IMG/VR virus record: IMGVR_UViG_3300042988_001414
Reading direction: 5' to 3' (one strand)
Source of the DNA: an uncultured virus (IMG/VR IMGVR_UViG_3300042988_001414)
Taxonomy: Duplodnaviria > Heunggongvirae > Uroviricota > Caudoviricetes
Length of the DNA: 64,000 nt
Shown in pieces: positions 18,226 through 27,661 of the stretch; position 1 is the stretch's first letter, and every line of letters begins with the position of its first letter. The notes under the pieces were generated by a model. The model was not told the origin of the DNA. It saw only the letters and a program-made list of their open reading frames with translations, and made no database searches. A program made the translations under genes and the position numbers.

Positions 18226-19293
18226 ATGAACGACGTGGTGAAAACGAGTGGCTACCGAGTGGATTCGCTGGGCGGTTCGAAGGTGGTCGCGTCGCTCGCT
18301 GGGTTCGTCGTCTCGGACGAGGAGCTCGACGCCCTCGCGGCTGGGGATGCGGTGGTCCTGGAGACTGGCGAGCGTGTCGAGCGGGTGCAGGAGACGGTGA
18401 GAGCGCCAGCCGCCCCGTCCGCCCCGACGCCGGTGTCGAAGCGCCCCCGTCCGGTGGTGAAGACCGTGTCGGCGGAGGAGCTCGACTGGGATCCGGTTGC
18501 CATCCCGCTCTTCAGCGTGGTCGAGGGCGTGTCGGTCCGCGTTGGCGAGTCCTACGCAGTCGTTCGCCCCGGCATGGAGCGATGGCCGCTCGGCATCGCC
18601 ACGGACCACTATCGAGTCGTCTCGCACCGCGCGACGGCCGCGGCGATTGCGGAGGCCGGGCAGGGTCAGGTGCGGCTGGCGTCGCACGTCATCTCGGGCC
18701 ACGGCTACCACGTCGCCTACACCTACGAGGTCGAGCACCTTCGGTCGACCGACCTGGTCGGCGGGCAAGCGGTGGCGTCGAACATGGTTGTTGTGCACGA
18801 CCACACGGCGAAGGGCTCGCTTCGAGCCTCGATGGTCGTAAGCGTGGGCAGCGTCTCGCTGGGCTCGGTGGTGAGCGCCCGTGCGCTCCACGTCTCGACC
18901 AACCCGGAGATCTGGCAGGGCGAGATCGACGCGATGATCGAGCGATCGATCCTGGCTCAGGACGCGTTGCTTGACCTGCTCCGCGCCGCGGATGCGCATG
19001 TGCTGACGGACGCCGACCGCGAGTTCTTCGCCGGTCGCGGCATGACGATCGACAAGAGCGCGACCACTGCCCTGGAAGCGGTGCAGTCGTGGCACACGGG
19101 CCGGTCGCGCACGGTGACCTGGGGCATCTGGGAGCGGCGCCTGTGGGACGACGGAATCGTCGCCTTGTGCAACCTGCTCGGCCGCGCGACCTTCGGTGCG
19201 GCGCTCGACAACGCGCTAGGGGGCCGCCGCTACGGCGGCGCCGGAGCCAAGCCGGTGACCTCCGCGCGCACGGCTGAGGAGGTGGCAGCATGA
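18226..19293 (+). CDS. DUF932/DUF945-like protein
   Basis: LDW.PV...LGIATDHYRVVSH...VVVHDHTAKGSL pattern. Confidence 0.6.
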   Translation: MNDVVKTSGYRVDSLGGSKVVASLAGFVVSDEELDALAAGDAVVLETGERVERVQETVRAPAAPSAPTPVSKRPRPVVKTVSAEELDWDPVAIPLFSVVEGVSVRVGESYAVVRPGMERWPLGIATDHYRVVSHRATAAAIAEAGQGQVRLASHVISGHGYHVAYTYEVEHLRSTDLVGGQAVASNMVVVHDHTAKGSLRASMVVSVGSVSLGSVVSARALHVSTNPEIWQGEIDAMIERSILAQDALLDLLRAADAHVLTDADREFFAGRGMTIDKSATTALEAVQSWHTGRSRTVTWGIWERRLWDDGIVALCNLLGRATFGAALDNALGGRRYGGAGAKPVTSARTAEEVAA

Positions 19294-19501
19294 TCCGCCG
19301 ACGGCCTACGTCACGCGAGCGTGCGATCGCACAGCAGCGCGCCGCCAAGCGCGGCGACAACGAGGGGGTTCGTCCGGGGGTGGCCTCAGCATTCGGTCTA
19401 GGCCTGCGGGTCGAGGTGTCCCTGGATGCCTCCGGGCACGACGTTGATCGGTGCGACACGTTCGGGTGTCCGATCTGTCTGGATCTCGCGGAGCGTGCGT
19501 C

Positions 19502-19726
19502 ATGAACGCGTGGGACGCAAAAGCGAGTGTTGGGGCGCGAGTGATCGTCAACTCGGCAAACTACGAGGTGAACGGAGTGCACGGCACGATCGTGATGCTC
19601 GGACCGTCACCACTCGGCGCGCGCCCGGCATGGGCGCTGGTCGATCTGGATCGCGGTCCCGAGTGGGGCCCTAGGCGGTACTGGCTAACGGACCTGGAGA
19701 TGGAATCCAGCGAGGTGTCGTCGTGA
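19502..19726 (+). CDS. Hypothetical protein
   Basis: Coupled small early ORF. Confidence 0.45.
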   Translation: MNAWDAKASVGARVIVNSANYEVNGVHGTIVMLGPSPLGARPAWALVDLDRGPEWGPRRYWLTDLEMESSEVSS

Positions 19727-20022
19727 GGTGCCAGTTTTGGGGATGCGCGAACGCGTGGGGCTACTTCATTGTCGAGATTCCAGAGTCGTTGTCGTTCTTG
19801 CTTTCGGGCTCGCGAGTCGCCGCCTGCGGCGAGTGCGCAGCGGGCTTCGCCAACACGCATCGCGTGACCAGACGCTCAGACGGCACTCGGGTCTGGAGGA
19901 ACGCCGAGGACGCGCTTGTCGCGTGGTGCGAGGAGCACGACGACTGCCGCGCATGCGGTGAGCTCGGCGCAGCGTGCGCCGCGCTGCCAAGGACGACGAG
20001 CGAAGAGAGGAAGGCGTCATGA
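19723..20022 (+). CDS. Cys-rich hypothetical protein
   Basis: Coupled ORF; CxxC motifs. Confidence 0.45.
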   Translation: MRCQFWGCANAWGYFIVEIPESLSFLLSGSRVAACGECAAGFANTHRVTRRSDGTRVWRNAEDALVAWCEEHDDCRACGELGAACAALPRTTSEERKAS

Positions 20023-20258
20023 AGCCGGAGCTGCTCTACGAACTCGCCATGCTGTTCGACAAGGAGGCGGAGTCGATCGCGCAACCCTACGCGTGGCACC
20101 CGCGGCCAAGGATGTCAGCCGAGGAGGTTCGCGAGGTCGAGCGGCTCCGCGTCACCGGAACGCGTCTCTACCAGCGCGCCGTCCGTGCACGCTACGAGCG
20201 CGGAGACGACACCACGGCCCGATGGGTTCTGTTTGGCGAAGAGAGGGAGGCGTCATGA
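20019..20258 (+). CDS. Hypothetical protein
   Basis: ATGA coupling; RBS. Confidence 0.5.
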   Translation: MKPELLYELAMLFDKEAESIAQPYAWHPRPRMSAEEVREVERLRVTGTRLYQRAVRARYERGDDTTARWVLFGEEREAS

Positions 20259-20437
20259 GGATCCGAATCACCATCGAGCTCGAGGTCGATGACGACATCA
20301 AGGCGCGCGATGTCCAGGCTGCAGCGCACGACGCTGCATACGACGCAGCCGACACGATCGAGGGGCTGGCGAAAGAACCAGCGCGCGTCATGAGCTCGCG
20401 CGTCTCGTTCTCCTCCACGAGGAGGGGCCCGTCATGA
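20255..20437 (+). CDS. Hypothetical protein
   Basis: GGAGG RBS; ATGA coupling. Confidence 0.5.
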   Translation: MRIRITIELEVDDDIKARDVQAAAHDAAYDAADTIEGLAKEPARVMSSRVSFSSTRRGPS

Positions 20438-20793
20438 GCGCGTGCGCGCGGCACTACCGAGCGGAACGTCTGGCAAGCATCGAAGGACTGCTCCGCAGGA
20501 CGCTCGACACGCTCGCGACAACGCAAGGCCGCGCCGCGGTGGACCAGCGGAGCGTGGGCGCGAGTCGCTACCTTGTCGAGGAAGCGATCAGGAAGCTTGC
20601 TCTGGTTCGTGACGACGTGCTGGACCCATTCCCGGTGATCTGCGGGTGCGGCTCGGCCTACGACGCACGCGAGTGGGCGGAGCTCGACATCGTCGGCGAG
20701 CAAGACGACGGCTACGGCGGCGTCCTTGAGTTGAGGAACTGCGTGGACTGCGGATCGACCAAGTCGATCCAGAAGCGGCGGGAGGTGCGGTGA
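20434..20793 (+). CDS. Hypothetical Zn-binding protein
   Basis: CGCG...LELRNCVDCGST. Confidence 0.55.
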   Translation: MSACARHYRAERLASIEGLLRRTLDTLATTQGRAAVDQRSVGASRYLVEEAIRKLALVRDDVLDPFPVICGCGSAYDAREWAELDIVGEQDDGYGGVLELRNCVDCGSTKSIQKRREVR

Positions 20794-21479
20794 TGGACAT
20801 GGCAGCAAAGGTCGCTCGACACCTTTCAAGTCGAGTCGATGATCGAACGCTCGAAGGACTCGGTCGGTTCGACCTCATCGCGCTCCTTCGACAAGTCTCG
20901 AAGGAACGCGACGCGTACCTTGAGAATCTCACGAGCGTCCAAGCGCGATGCACGGAGCTACTCGAAGAGAAGCGCCGTCTTGTTCACGCACTTAGCAACG
21001 AAGGTCGCTCGACACCTATCGAGTCGAGACAGCGAGACTGCGCGGTCGTTCGATTCATCGGCGAACAGCCGACTCGCGCGACGGATGGGAGTGTCGGGTG
21101 GGATCTGGTCGCGGCTCGCAACGTCAACATCAGGTCCGGCGAGACCGTGATGATCGAGACCAACACGCGCATCGCTCTTCCTCCGGGGTTCGAGGCCTCG
21201 GTTCGAGGCCGGTCCGGACTGTCACGAAGCGGGGTCATCACTTCGATCGGGACGATCGATCACGACTACCGCGGGCCGATCGGCGTGATCGCGACGTATC
21301 TCCCATACCCGATCGACGGCTATGGCAACGTCGGATGGGGACACGTGTGGCCCATCACAGCTGGCGACCGCATCGCGCAGCTCGTGATCCAGCGCGTGCC
21401 CGAGGTGCGTTGGGAGCGCGTCGAGAAGCTCGATGAGACCGCACGCGGCGAGCGTGGGTTTGGGAGCTCGGGCAAATGA
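20790..21479 (+). CDS. dut: Trimeric dUTPase with N-terminal coiled-coil extension
   Basis: GWDL, RSG, GTIDHDYRG, RIAQLV, RGERGFGSSG. Confidence 0.92.
   Translation: MMDMAAKVARHLSSRVDDRTLEGLGRFDLIALLRQVSKERDAYLENLTSVQARCTELLEEKRRLVHALSNEGRSTPIESRQRDCAVVRFIGEQPTRATDGSVGWDLVAARNVNIRSGETVMIETNTRIALPPGFEASVRGRSGLSRSGVITSIGTIDHDYRGPIGVIATYLPYPIDGYGNVGWGHVWPITAGDRIAQLVIQRVPEVRWERVEKLDETARGERGFGSSGK
20801..20835 (+). repeat. Dispersed palindromic repeat, copy B
   Basis: GGCAGCAAAGGTCGCTCGACACCTTTCAAGTCGAG. Confidence 0.9.
20998..21030 (+). repeat. Dispersed palindromic repeat, copy C
   Basis: ACGAAGGTCGCTCGACACCTATCGAGTCGAGAC. Confidence 0.9.
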
Positions 21480-21688
21480 ACGAGCCGATCGACACGGTCC
21501 TCTGGAGCCACCTGGGCGAAGACCTCGCGTTGTTGCTGGCCGAGGATCGTCTTCCAGCACCGCCGATCGTCCCATCGTTCGCGCGCGAGACCGCGCGACC
21601 GCCGAGCAAGCAAGTCGACTGCGCCGACATCATCGTCGAATCGTGAATTGACCACTCGAACGTCACGATGCGCTCCACCGTGGGGCGC

Positions 21689-21725
21689 GGCAGCAAAGGT
21701 CGCTCGACACCTCTCAAGTCGAGAC
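21689..21725 (+). repeat. Dispersed palindromic repeat, copy D
   Basis: GGCAGCAAAGGTCGCTCGACACCTCTCAAGTCGAGAC. Confidence 0.9.
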
Positions 21726-21787
21726 ACCACTGGAACTGAATAAAGAGAAGCGCGCGTCCGCAAGGGACCCGCAAGCAAGGAACGATC

Positions 21788-22981
21788 ATGACCAACGCAA
21801 TGCCGAACCAAGACAAGCCGAACGATCCGATCGACAACCTGATCGGCGCATTCAGCGATCCGAAGTCCATCTCCCAACGACTCCGTTGGGCGAAGGAGAA
21901 CTGCCATCTCATCTCGCCTGGGACGACGTGCGCGCGACTGCCAGAGGGGTGCAGCGTCGCGATCTCGGTCGTCTGGATGGACCCGCGAGTGGATGCCCAT
22001 AGTGTTGGCGGAGGCAAGGTCTCGTTGCTCAAACACGCGCTTGCGGTTCTTGCTGGTGCCGCAGGCGTGCGATTCGATCCGCACTCAAGCGGACGTTTGG
22101 ATGACGGCAGCGATCCCAACTACGTGCACTGGAAGGCCGTAGGTGCCTGGCAGGGTCTTGATGGGTCTGTGCTCCCGATCGTTGGCGACAAGGAGATGGA
22201 TCTCCGCGATGGGTCGGCGCAGGTGGAACGCATTCTCGCAAAAGCGGAGAAGGACCCGCTGGGACAACTCCGTGACGTGAGAGCATTCATTCTGGCGCAC
22301 GCGCAGAGCAAGGCTGAACTGCGTGCAATCCGCAAGGGTCTTGGTCTCCGCTCGTACACTCCAATGGAGCTGAGCGACCGACCGTTCGTGGTCGTGAAGC
22401 TCATGTTCACCGGCTACAGCGACGATCCGCAGATCCGCCGCGAGAACGCTGCCGCGATTCGCGCGACGATGCTCGGCGGAGCGAGTGCGCTGTTTGGACC
22501 TCCGCCAGCTCCCGTGGCGCACGGGCTTGTCGCCCCGATGCCGCTGCCGGCCTTGTCGATGCCGACCCAGCCTGTCGCGGCTCTGACGACGGGACACCGT
22601 CCGCCGCCGGTCGGGTCATCGATGGATGACGACGAGATGGACGAGCCTGCGGCGCCGGTCGCGGCGCCAGCGCCGAGGCTCAAGGCCAGAGCGACCAGCG
22701 CGTCGAGCTCCGACGGGGCCGTGGCGAAGTTCGGGAAGGGCAAGGGGCAGCCGTTGTCCGAGATGTCCCACGAGGATCTCGACTGGTACCTCGGAGCCGT
22801 TCGCAAAAGCGTCGACGATCCCGAGAAGGCTCGCTTCCGCGCAGGCAACGAGGCGCACTACCGCGAGGTGCTGGCAGAGAAGGAGCGACGAGAGGGCGGC
22901 CCAGCGGAACAGCGTTCCGCCCCGAAGTCGCCACCGGCACAGGCCGACTTTGATCGCGGCGACGATCCCAACCAGTACTGA
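21788..22981 (+). CDS. Putative recombination / single-strand annealing protein
   Basis: HAQSKAELRAIRKGLGLRSY...PFVV motif; C-terminal FGKGKG.PL module; acidic SSB-like tail; precedes sbcDC. Confidence 0.55.
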   Translation: MTNAMPNQDKPNDPIDNLIGAFSDPKSISQRLRWAKENCHLISPGTTCARLPEGCSVAISVVWMDPRVDAHSVGGGKVSLLKHALAVLAGAAGVRFDPHSSGRLDDGSDPNYVHWKAVGAWQGLDGSVLPIVGDKEMDLRDGSAQVERILAKAEKDPLGQLRDVRAFILAHAQSKAELRAIRKGLGLRSYTPMELSDRPFVVVKLMFTGYSDDPQIRRENAAAIRATMLGGASALFGPPPAPVAHGLVAPMPLPALSMPTQPVAALTTGHRPPPVGSSMDDDEMDEPAAPVAAPAPRLKARATSASSSDGAVAKFGKGKGQPLSEMSHEDLDWYLGAVRKSVDDPEKARFRAGNEAHYREVLAEKERREGGPAEQRSAPKSPPAQADFDRGDDPNQY

Positions 22982-22995
22982 CAAGGATCACCACG

Positions 22996-24150
22996 ATGAA
23001 GTTCATTGCCTCTGGCGACCATCACTGGGACGAGCACTCTCGGTTTGACGAGTGCATCCGCATCCACTCGTGGATGGTGGATCTGGTCCGACGCGAACGG
23101 CCCGACGTCTTCCTGTCCGCCGGCGACATCTACGAGCGCGCTTCGACTCCGAAGGAACGTGAGGAAGTCGCAGCGTGGCTCGTGGCAATCGCCGAAGTCA
23201 GCCCAGTCGTGGTCGTCAAAGGCAACCACGATCGAGCCTTCGATGCCCATCTGCTGCGCAGGCTCAAGTCCGTTCACCCCATCATCGTCGATGAGCGCTG
23301 CGGCGTTCATCGCGTTGGCGGCGCCGCGATCGCGACCCTGGCGTGGCCGAGCCGCGCGAGCATTCTCGCGATGCTGGGACGATCGGCCTCCTCACAAGAC
23401 GCTGACGTCGCCGCGACTCTGGCGTTGCAGGACGTTCTACGAGGGCTCGGGGCCGAGCTCGCAGAACACGATGGGCCTCGCGTGCTCCTCACGCACGCGA
23501 TGATCGATGGGGCGGTGACGAGCCTCGGACAGCCGCTCATCGGCGCCGAGATGAGGATCACCCTGTCAGACCTGGCGCTGGCCCAGGCGCAGGTGGTCAT
23601 CGCAGGGCATATTCACTGTCCACAGCGGTGGGACTACGGCGCGATGCCTGTGATCTACACGGGGTCACCTTTCCGAACGGCCTTCGGCGAGACCGAAGAG
23701 AAGTCGGTTTTGCTGGTCGAGATCGATGGCGCGACCGTCCGATGCGAGCGCGTCCCGACACCAGCCACGCCCATGCTCCTCATCGAGGGAGTGTGGCGTC
23801 CAGAAAGCGGATCGCTCGACGTCACGAGTGAGACGGCACCTGTTCCTCAACGGTGTACCGGTGCGGAAGTGCGGCTCCGCTACACGGTAGACGCGGACCA
23901 CCGCGATGCGGCGAAGCGCGCTCTGTCCGAGCAGCGTCAGCGTCTCATGGACGCAGGCGCGCGGTCGGTGAAGCTCGAAGAGGTGGTGACGGCGACGGTG
24001 CGTGCGCGCGCGCCGGAGATCGCGGCAGCGAAGACTCTGGAAGAGAAGCTTGGAGCGTTGTGGCGAGCTCGGAAGAACGAGCCCACGCCCGAGCGCGCCG
24101 CGCGACTCATCACGAAGACGCACGAACTGGAGAGCGAGGTAGCGGCATGA
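22996..24150 (+). CDS. sbcD: SbcD/Mre11 nuclease
   Basis: GDHH, AGDIY, GNHD, AGHIH, YTGSP. Confidence 0.9.
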   Translation: MKFIASGDHHWDEHSRFDECIRIHSWMVDLVRRERPDVFLSAGDIYERASTPKEREEVAAWLVAIAEVSPVVVVKGNHDRAFDAHLLRRLKSVHPIIVDERCGVHRVGGAAIATLAWPSRASILAMLGRSASSQDADVAATLALQDVLRGLGAELAEHDGPRVLLTHAMIDGAVTSLGQPLIGAEMRITLSDLALAQAQVVIAGHIHCPQRWDYGAMPVIYTGSPFRTAFGETEEKSVLLVEIDGATVRCERVPTPATPMLLIEGVWRPESGSLDVTSETAPVPQRCTGAEVRLRYTVDADHRDAAKRALSEQRQRLMDAGARSVKLEEVVTATVRARAPEIAAAKTLEEKLGALWRARKNEPTPERAARLITKTHELESEVAA

Positions 24151-26579
24151 AGTTCGATCGCTTGCGAGCAAAGGGCTTCGGGCCATTCAAGGACGAGATC
24201 GACGTCGACCTGGCAAGTATCGACGGGAAGATCATCGCGGTGACCGGCGCGAACGGTGCGGGCAAGAGCACGTTGATCGAGCTTCTGGCCGCATCCATCT
24301 ACCGGAACTGCCCAACGCGCGGGTCGCTCGCAGAACTGGCGACAGCGCGGGACGCGTTCCTGGAGGTGAGCGTAGTGAACGGGGCGTCTCATCGCGTCCG
24401 ACACATCGTGGACGCGGTGAGCAAGAAGGGCGAGGCCATCGTCACCGACGCGGAAGGTAGGTCGCTCGTCGCGTCAGCGAAGGTGAGGGACTACGACGCT
24501 TGGGCGGCAAAGCACTTCCCGCCGGCGGAGGTCTTCTACGCGTCGACGTTCGCGGCGCAGGGGTCCGGTGGATTCCTCGATCTGAAGCCCGGAGAGCGGA
24601 AGGGCGTGCTCTTGAGGGCGCTCGGGATCGAGCGGCTCGAAGCGCTGGCCGAGAAGGCTCGCGAGCATGCTCGGGCGACGAAGGGTGAGATCACTGTCCT
24701 GGAGGCACGCATCGCAGACGAGCGAAGTCGAGCGAGCGATCCGGTCAAGGTGTCCTCGGAGTTGGAGACTCTTGGTTCACGCAGGTCCGAGCTGGAGATC
24801 TCGCTTACTAGAGCCCGCGCAGCGCTCGCCGATGTCCTCGCCAAAGAGCAGGCTGCGAAGGCCGCCATTCGTGCCGCAGAGGACGTGCGGCGCCGACGGT
24901 CGGAGCTGGAGGCGCGGCTCAACGATGCGCGCACGAAACGCGATGACCTGTCCCGTCGCATCGGCAACAACGAAGGCTTGATCGCGCAAGCATCGGAGAT
25001 CCGATCCGCCCAGGAAGCTGCCCTTCGACTCGACCTCGAACTCGCCGAGCTGGTCTCCGACGAGCGCGAAGCACGATCCGCAGAGGCAGCGGCACGCCGC
25101 GACCGTGCAGCGCAACGGGACGCGCTCGCGGATGTGAACAACCGAGCGATGCGGGCCGCCGACCGGAGGCGGCGCGCCGAGTCCAGACTCGCGGACAAGT
25201 CCGCGGTCGAGGCCGCGGTAGCGTCGCTGTCTGATCTGCGCGCTGCGGTGGTTTCGGCCGAATCCGTCGTGAAGTTGCTCGAGACGGCGTTCAAGAGGAC
25301 GGCAGACGTCACACTCACATCGACATCGTCTCGTATCGACAACCTTCGTGCTCCGCTCACCGCCATCGCCGATGGCGCGGACAACGCCGCGACCATCGCC
25401 ATGGAGGCACTGGCTGCGGACGACAAGGCCGCTCGTGAGGTTGTTGAGGCCTCCGAACGAATGATTCGCGAGCAGTCCGATCTGGATCGCGCTCGCGCGT
25501 GTCTCGCGTCGACGCAACGTGACCTCGCTTCGGCCGAACGCACGGCCGCGCGCGCGAAAGAGATCGAGGCGGCGGAGTTGGAGTTGACGGAGGCGCAAGC
25601 CGAGGTGACTCGTCTCCTGGACGAGGCCACGGCCGCACAAGCGGCCTTCAAGGCAGCCAAGCGGTCGCTGGTCGTGGCAGCGGAGTCGGCGACGAAGGTG
25701 ATGAGTCAGCGCGATGCGCTTCAGGCAAAGCGCACGCAGCTCGATCCGCTGGTGAAACTGGCCGACCGGCTCACCCAAGCCGAGACGCGCATCAGCGAGC
25801 TCTTGCCTCAGTCAGCGTCAATCGCGGCAGACATCGAAGCACTGGAGAGGGAACTCGCGAGCACCCCGATGCCGTCGGATCCGGACCCGCTGCCAGACGT
25901 CATCTCGGTGCGAGACATCGCCGATGTGCTCGACCACGAACTGCGGGGCGTCGAGGCCGCCATCGCCGTCAGGGAGGCGCAGCTTTCGGACGCGCGCAGC
26001 GCAGAAGCGCGGCTCCGCGATCTGGAGACCGAGCGGCGCCGTGTGGATCAGGAGCTGGCGGACTGGACGCGGCTTGCTGACGATCTGGGGCGCGATGGTC
26101 TTCAGGCAATGGAGATCGACGCGGCCGGCCCGGAGTTGACCGAGTTGGTGAACGATCTTCTTCGGACGTGCGTGGGATCGCGCTGGACGGTGACGATCGA
26201 GGCATCGCGACAGTCGAGCGACGGAAAGCGGCAGCTCGAAGGGTGTGAGGTGCGCGTGCTCGACACCGAGCGCGGTCGAGAGGGCACCGCGGAGACGTTG
26301 AGCGGCGGCGAGCGCGTCATCGTCGGTGAGGCGGTGAGCTTGGCTCTCAGCATGCTGGCGTGTCGCCGAAGCGGGGTGCAAGGGGCGACGCTCGTTCGTG
26401 ACGAGTCGGGGGCAGCGCTCGATCCGGCGAACGCTCCCGCATACGTGGCGATGCTGCGACGGGCTTCGACCATCGTGGGCGCGAGTCACGTTCTGTTCGT
26501 CTCGCACTCTCCGGAAATCCAGGACCTTGCTGACGCTCGGATCGTCGTCCAAGGCGGGAAGGTGCAGGTGGCAGCGTGA
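24147..26579 (+). CDS. sbcC: SbcC/Rad50 SMC ATPase
   Basis: GANGAGKST, long coiled coil, LSGGE, RDES..ALD, FVSH. Confidence 0.92.
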   Translation: MKFDRLRAKGFGPFKDEIDVDLASIDGKIIAVTGANGAGKSTLIELLAASIYRNCPTRGSLAELATARDAFLEVSVVNGASHRVRHIVDAVSKKGEAIVTDAEGRSLVASAKVRDYDAWAAKHFPPAEVFYASTFAAQGSGGFLDLKPGERKGVLLRALGIERLEALAEKAREHARATKGEITVLEARIADERSRASDPVKVSSELETLGSRRSELEISLTRARAALADVLAKEQAAKAAIRAAEDVRRRRSELEARLNDARTKRDDLSRRIGNNEGLIAQASEIRSAQEAALRLDLELAELVSDEREARSAEAAARRDRAAQRDALADVNNRAMRAADRRRRAESRLADKSAVEAAVASLSDLRAAVVSAESVVKLLETAFKRTADVTLTSTSSRIDNLRAPLTAIADGADNAATIAMEALAADDKAAREVVEASERMIREQSDLDRARACLASTQRDLASAERTAARAKEIEAAELELTEAQAEVTRLLDEATAAQAAFKAAKRSLVVAAESATKVMSQRDALQAKRTQLDPLVKLADRLTQAETRISELLPQSASIAADIEALERELASTPMPSDPDPLPDVISVRDIADVLDHELRGVEAAIAVREAQLSDARSAEARLRDLETERRRVDQELADWTRLADDLGRDGLQAMEIDAAGPELTELVNDLLRTCVGSRWTVTIEASRQSSDGKRQLEGCEVRVLDTERGREGTAETLSGGERVIVGEAVSLALSMLACRRSGVQGATLVRDESGAALDPANAPAYVAMLRRASTIVGASHVLFVSHSPEIQDLADARIVVQGGKVQVAA

Positions 26580-26583
26580 CCAA

Positions 26584-26823
26584 GGCAGGCACGGACTGGC
26601 CCGGCGGGGACTGGCTCGGCAAGGCGCGGCATGGCGAGTCGTGGAGTGGCGAGGCACGGCTAGGCAGGCACGGCCCGGCGAGGAGTGGCGCGGCGGGGCG
26701 GGGCTGGGCGGGGCTGGGCAGGGCCTGGCGCGGCAGGAGCGGCTAGGCGCGGCGGGCATGGCGGGGCGAGGCAAGGCGAGTCTCGGCTAGGCCAGGCGCG
26801 GCTTGGCGGGGCGGGACGGGCGC
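26584..26823 (+). repeat. GGC-NN pentamer array 1 (candidate guide ncRNA)
   Basis: About 45 units of GGC/GGA + variable dinucleotide in strict 5-nt phase, broken by 4-nt units; intergenic. Confidence 0.9.
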
Positions 26824-26872
26824 AACAACTTTGGGACGACAACTTAGTAACGACAAATCAGAAGAGGAAACC

Positions 26873-27661
26873 ATGGCAAAGCAAAACACACCGACCGAAA
26901 TCGACATCCTCCGAGTCACGCATGGACGCTTCGAGGCGTGCGTGCTCGGGACAACACCGCTCGTCCTCAACCGGATGAGCGAGAAGGCGAAGCGAGAGCT
27001 ACTCCAGCCAAGCGGAAAGAAGAACGCGGCGCAAAAGGCGAGCACCGCGAAGCACGACCCGATCGCAGAGTTTCGCGCCTCCGCGTACCAGGACCGCGAC
27101 AAGTCATCGCCTGCGCTGCTTCAGCATCTTTCGAGCGCGTTCAAGGGTGCGATCGCGTCAGCGGCGCTCGACCTTCCAGGCGCGAACAAGGCGCAGATCT
27201 CACGGCTCACGTGGGTCGTCGGCGAACGGATCCACATCTTCGGACGCCCGAAGATCTTCTGCGCGGTCACGCGCTCGGCGGACATGAACAAGACGCCCGA
27301 CGTTCGGACACGCGTGATCGTCCCCGAGTGGGCTTGCCGAATCACCGTCGCGTTCGTGACGCCTCTTCTCAAGGACGTTGGCGTCGCCAACCTGCTTGCG
27401 TCGGCTGGAGTCACTCAGGGCGTTGGTGATTGGCGAACGGGCAAGGGGAAGGGCACCTACGGCAGCTTCGAGCTCGTGAACAACGACAACCCCGAATGGC
27501 TTCGAAGGATGGCCATCGGGCGCAAGGACCAAGAACAAGCCATGGCTCACCCAGAACCTTACGACGACGACACCGAGGAACTCCTGTCTTGGTGGGGCGG
27601 TGAAATGACGAAGCGCGGGTTCGCCAGCTCCGTCTCGACGAACGGGGTGGCTGCGTCATGA
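26873..27661 (+). CDS. Stand-alone Cas7/RAMP-like protein
   Basis: N-terminal strand VLGTTPLVLN, SAFKGAI helix, C-terminal glycine-rich loop GVGDWRTGKGKGTYGSF; GAGGA RBS. Confidence 0.7.
   Translation: MAKQNTPTEIDILRVTHGRFEACVLGTTPLVLNRMSEKAKRELLQPSGKKNAAQKASTAKHDPIAEFRASAYQDRDKSSPALLQHLSSAFKGAIASAALDLPGANKAQISRLTWVVGERIHIFGRPKIFCAVTRSADMNKTPDVRTRVIVPEWACRITVAFVTPLLKDVGVANLLASAGVTQGVGDWRTGKGKGTYGSFELVNNDNPEWLRRMAIGRKDQEQAMAHPEPYDDDTEELLSWWGGEMTKRGFASSVSTNGVAAS

Noticed and set aside
20801..21725. Canonical CRISPR array
   Set aside because: Copies are about 200 and 690 bp apart, not at regular spacer distances; kept as a dispersed repeat
26347..26978. Arg/Gly/Ala/Pro-rich ORFs over array 1
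   Set aside because: Open in several frames only because the G-rich 5-nt repeat lacks stops; low-complexity translations
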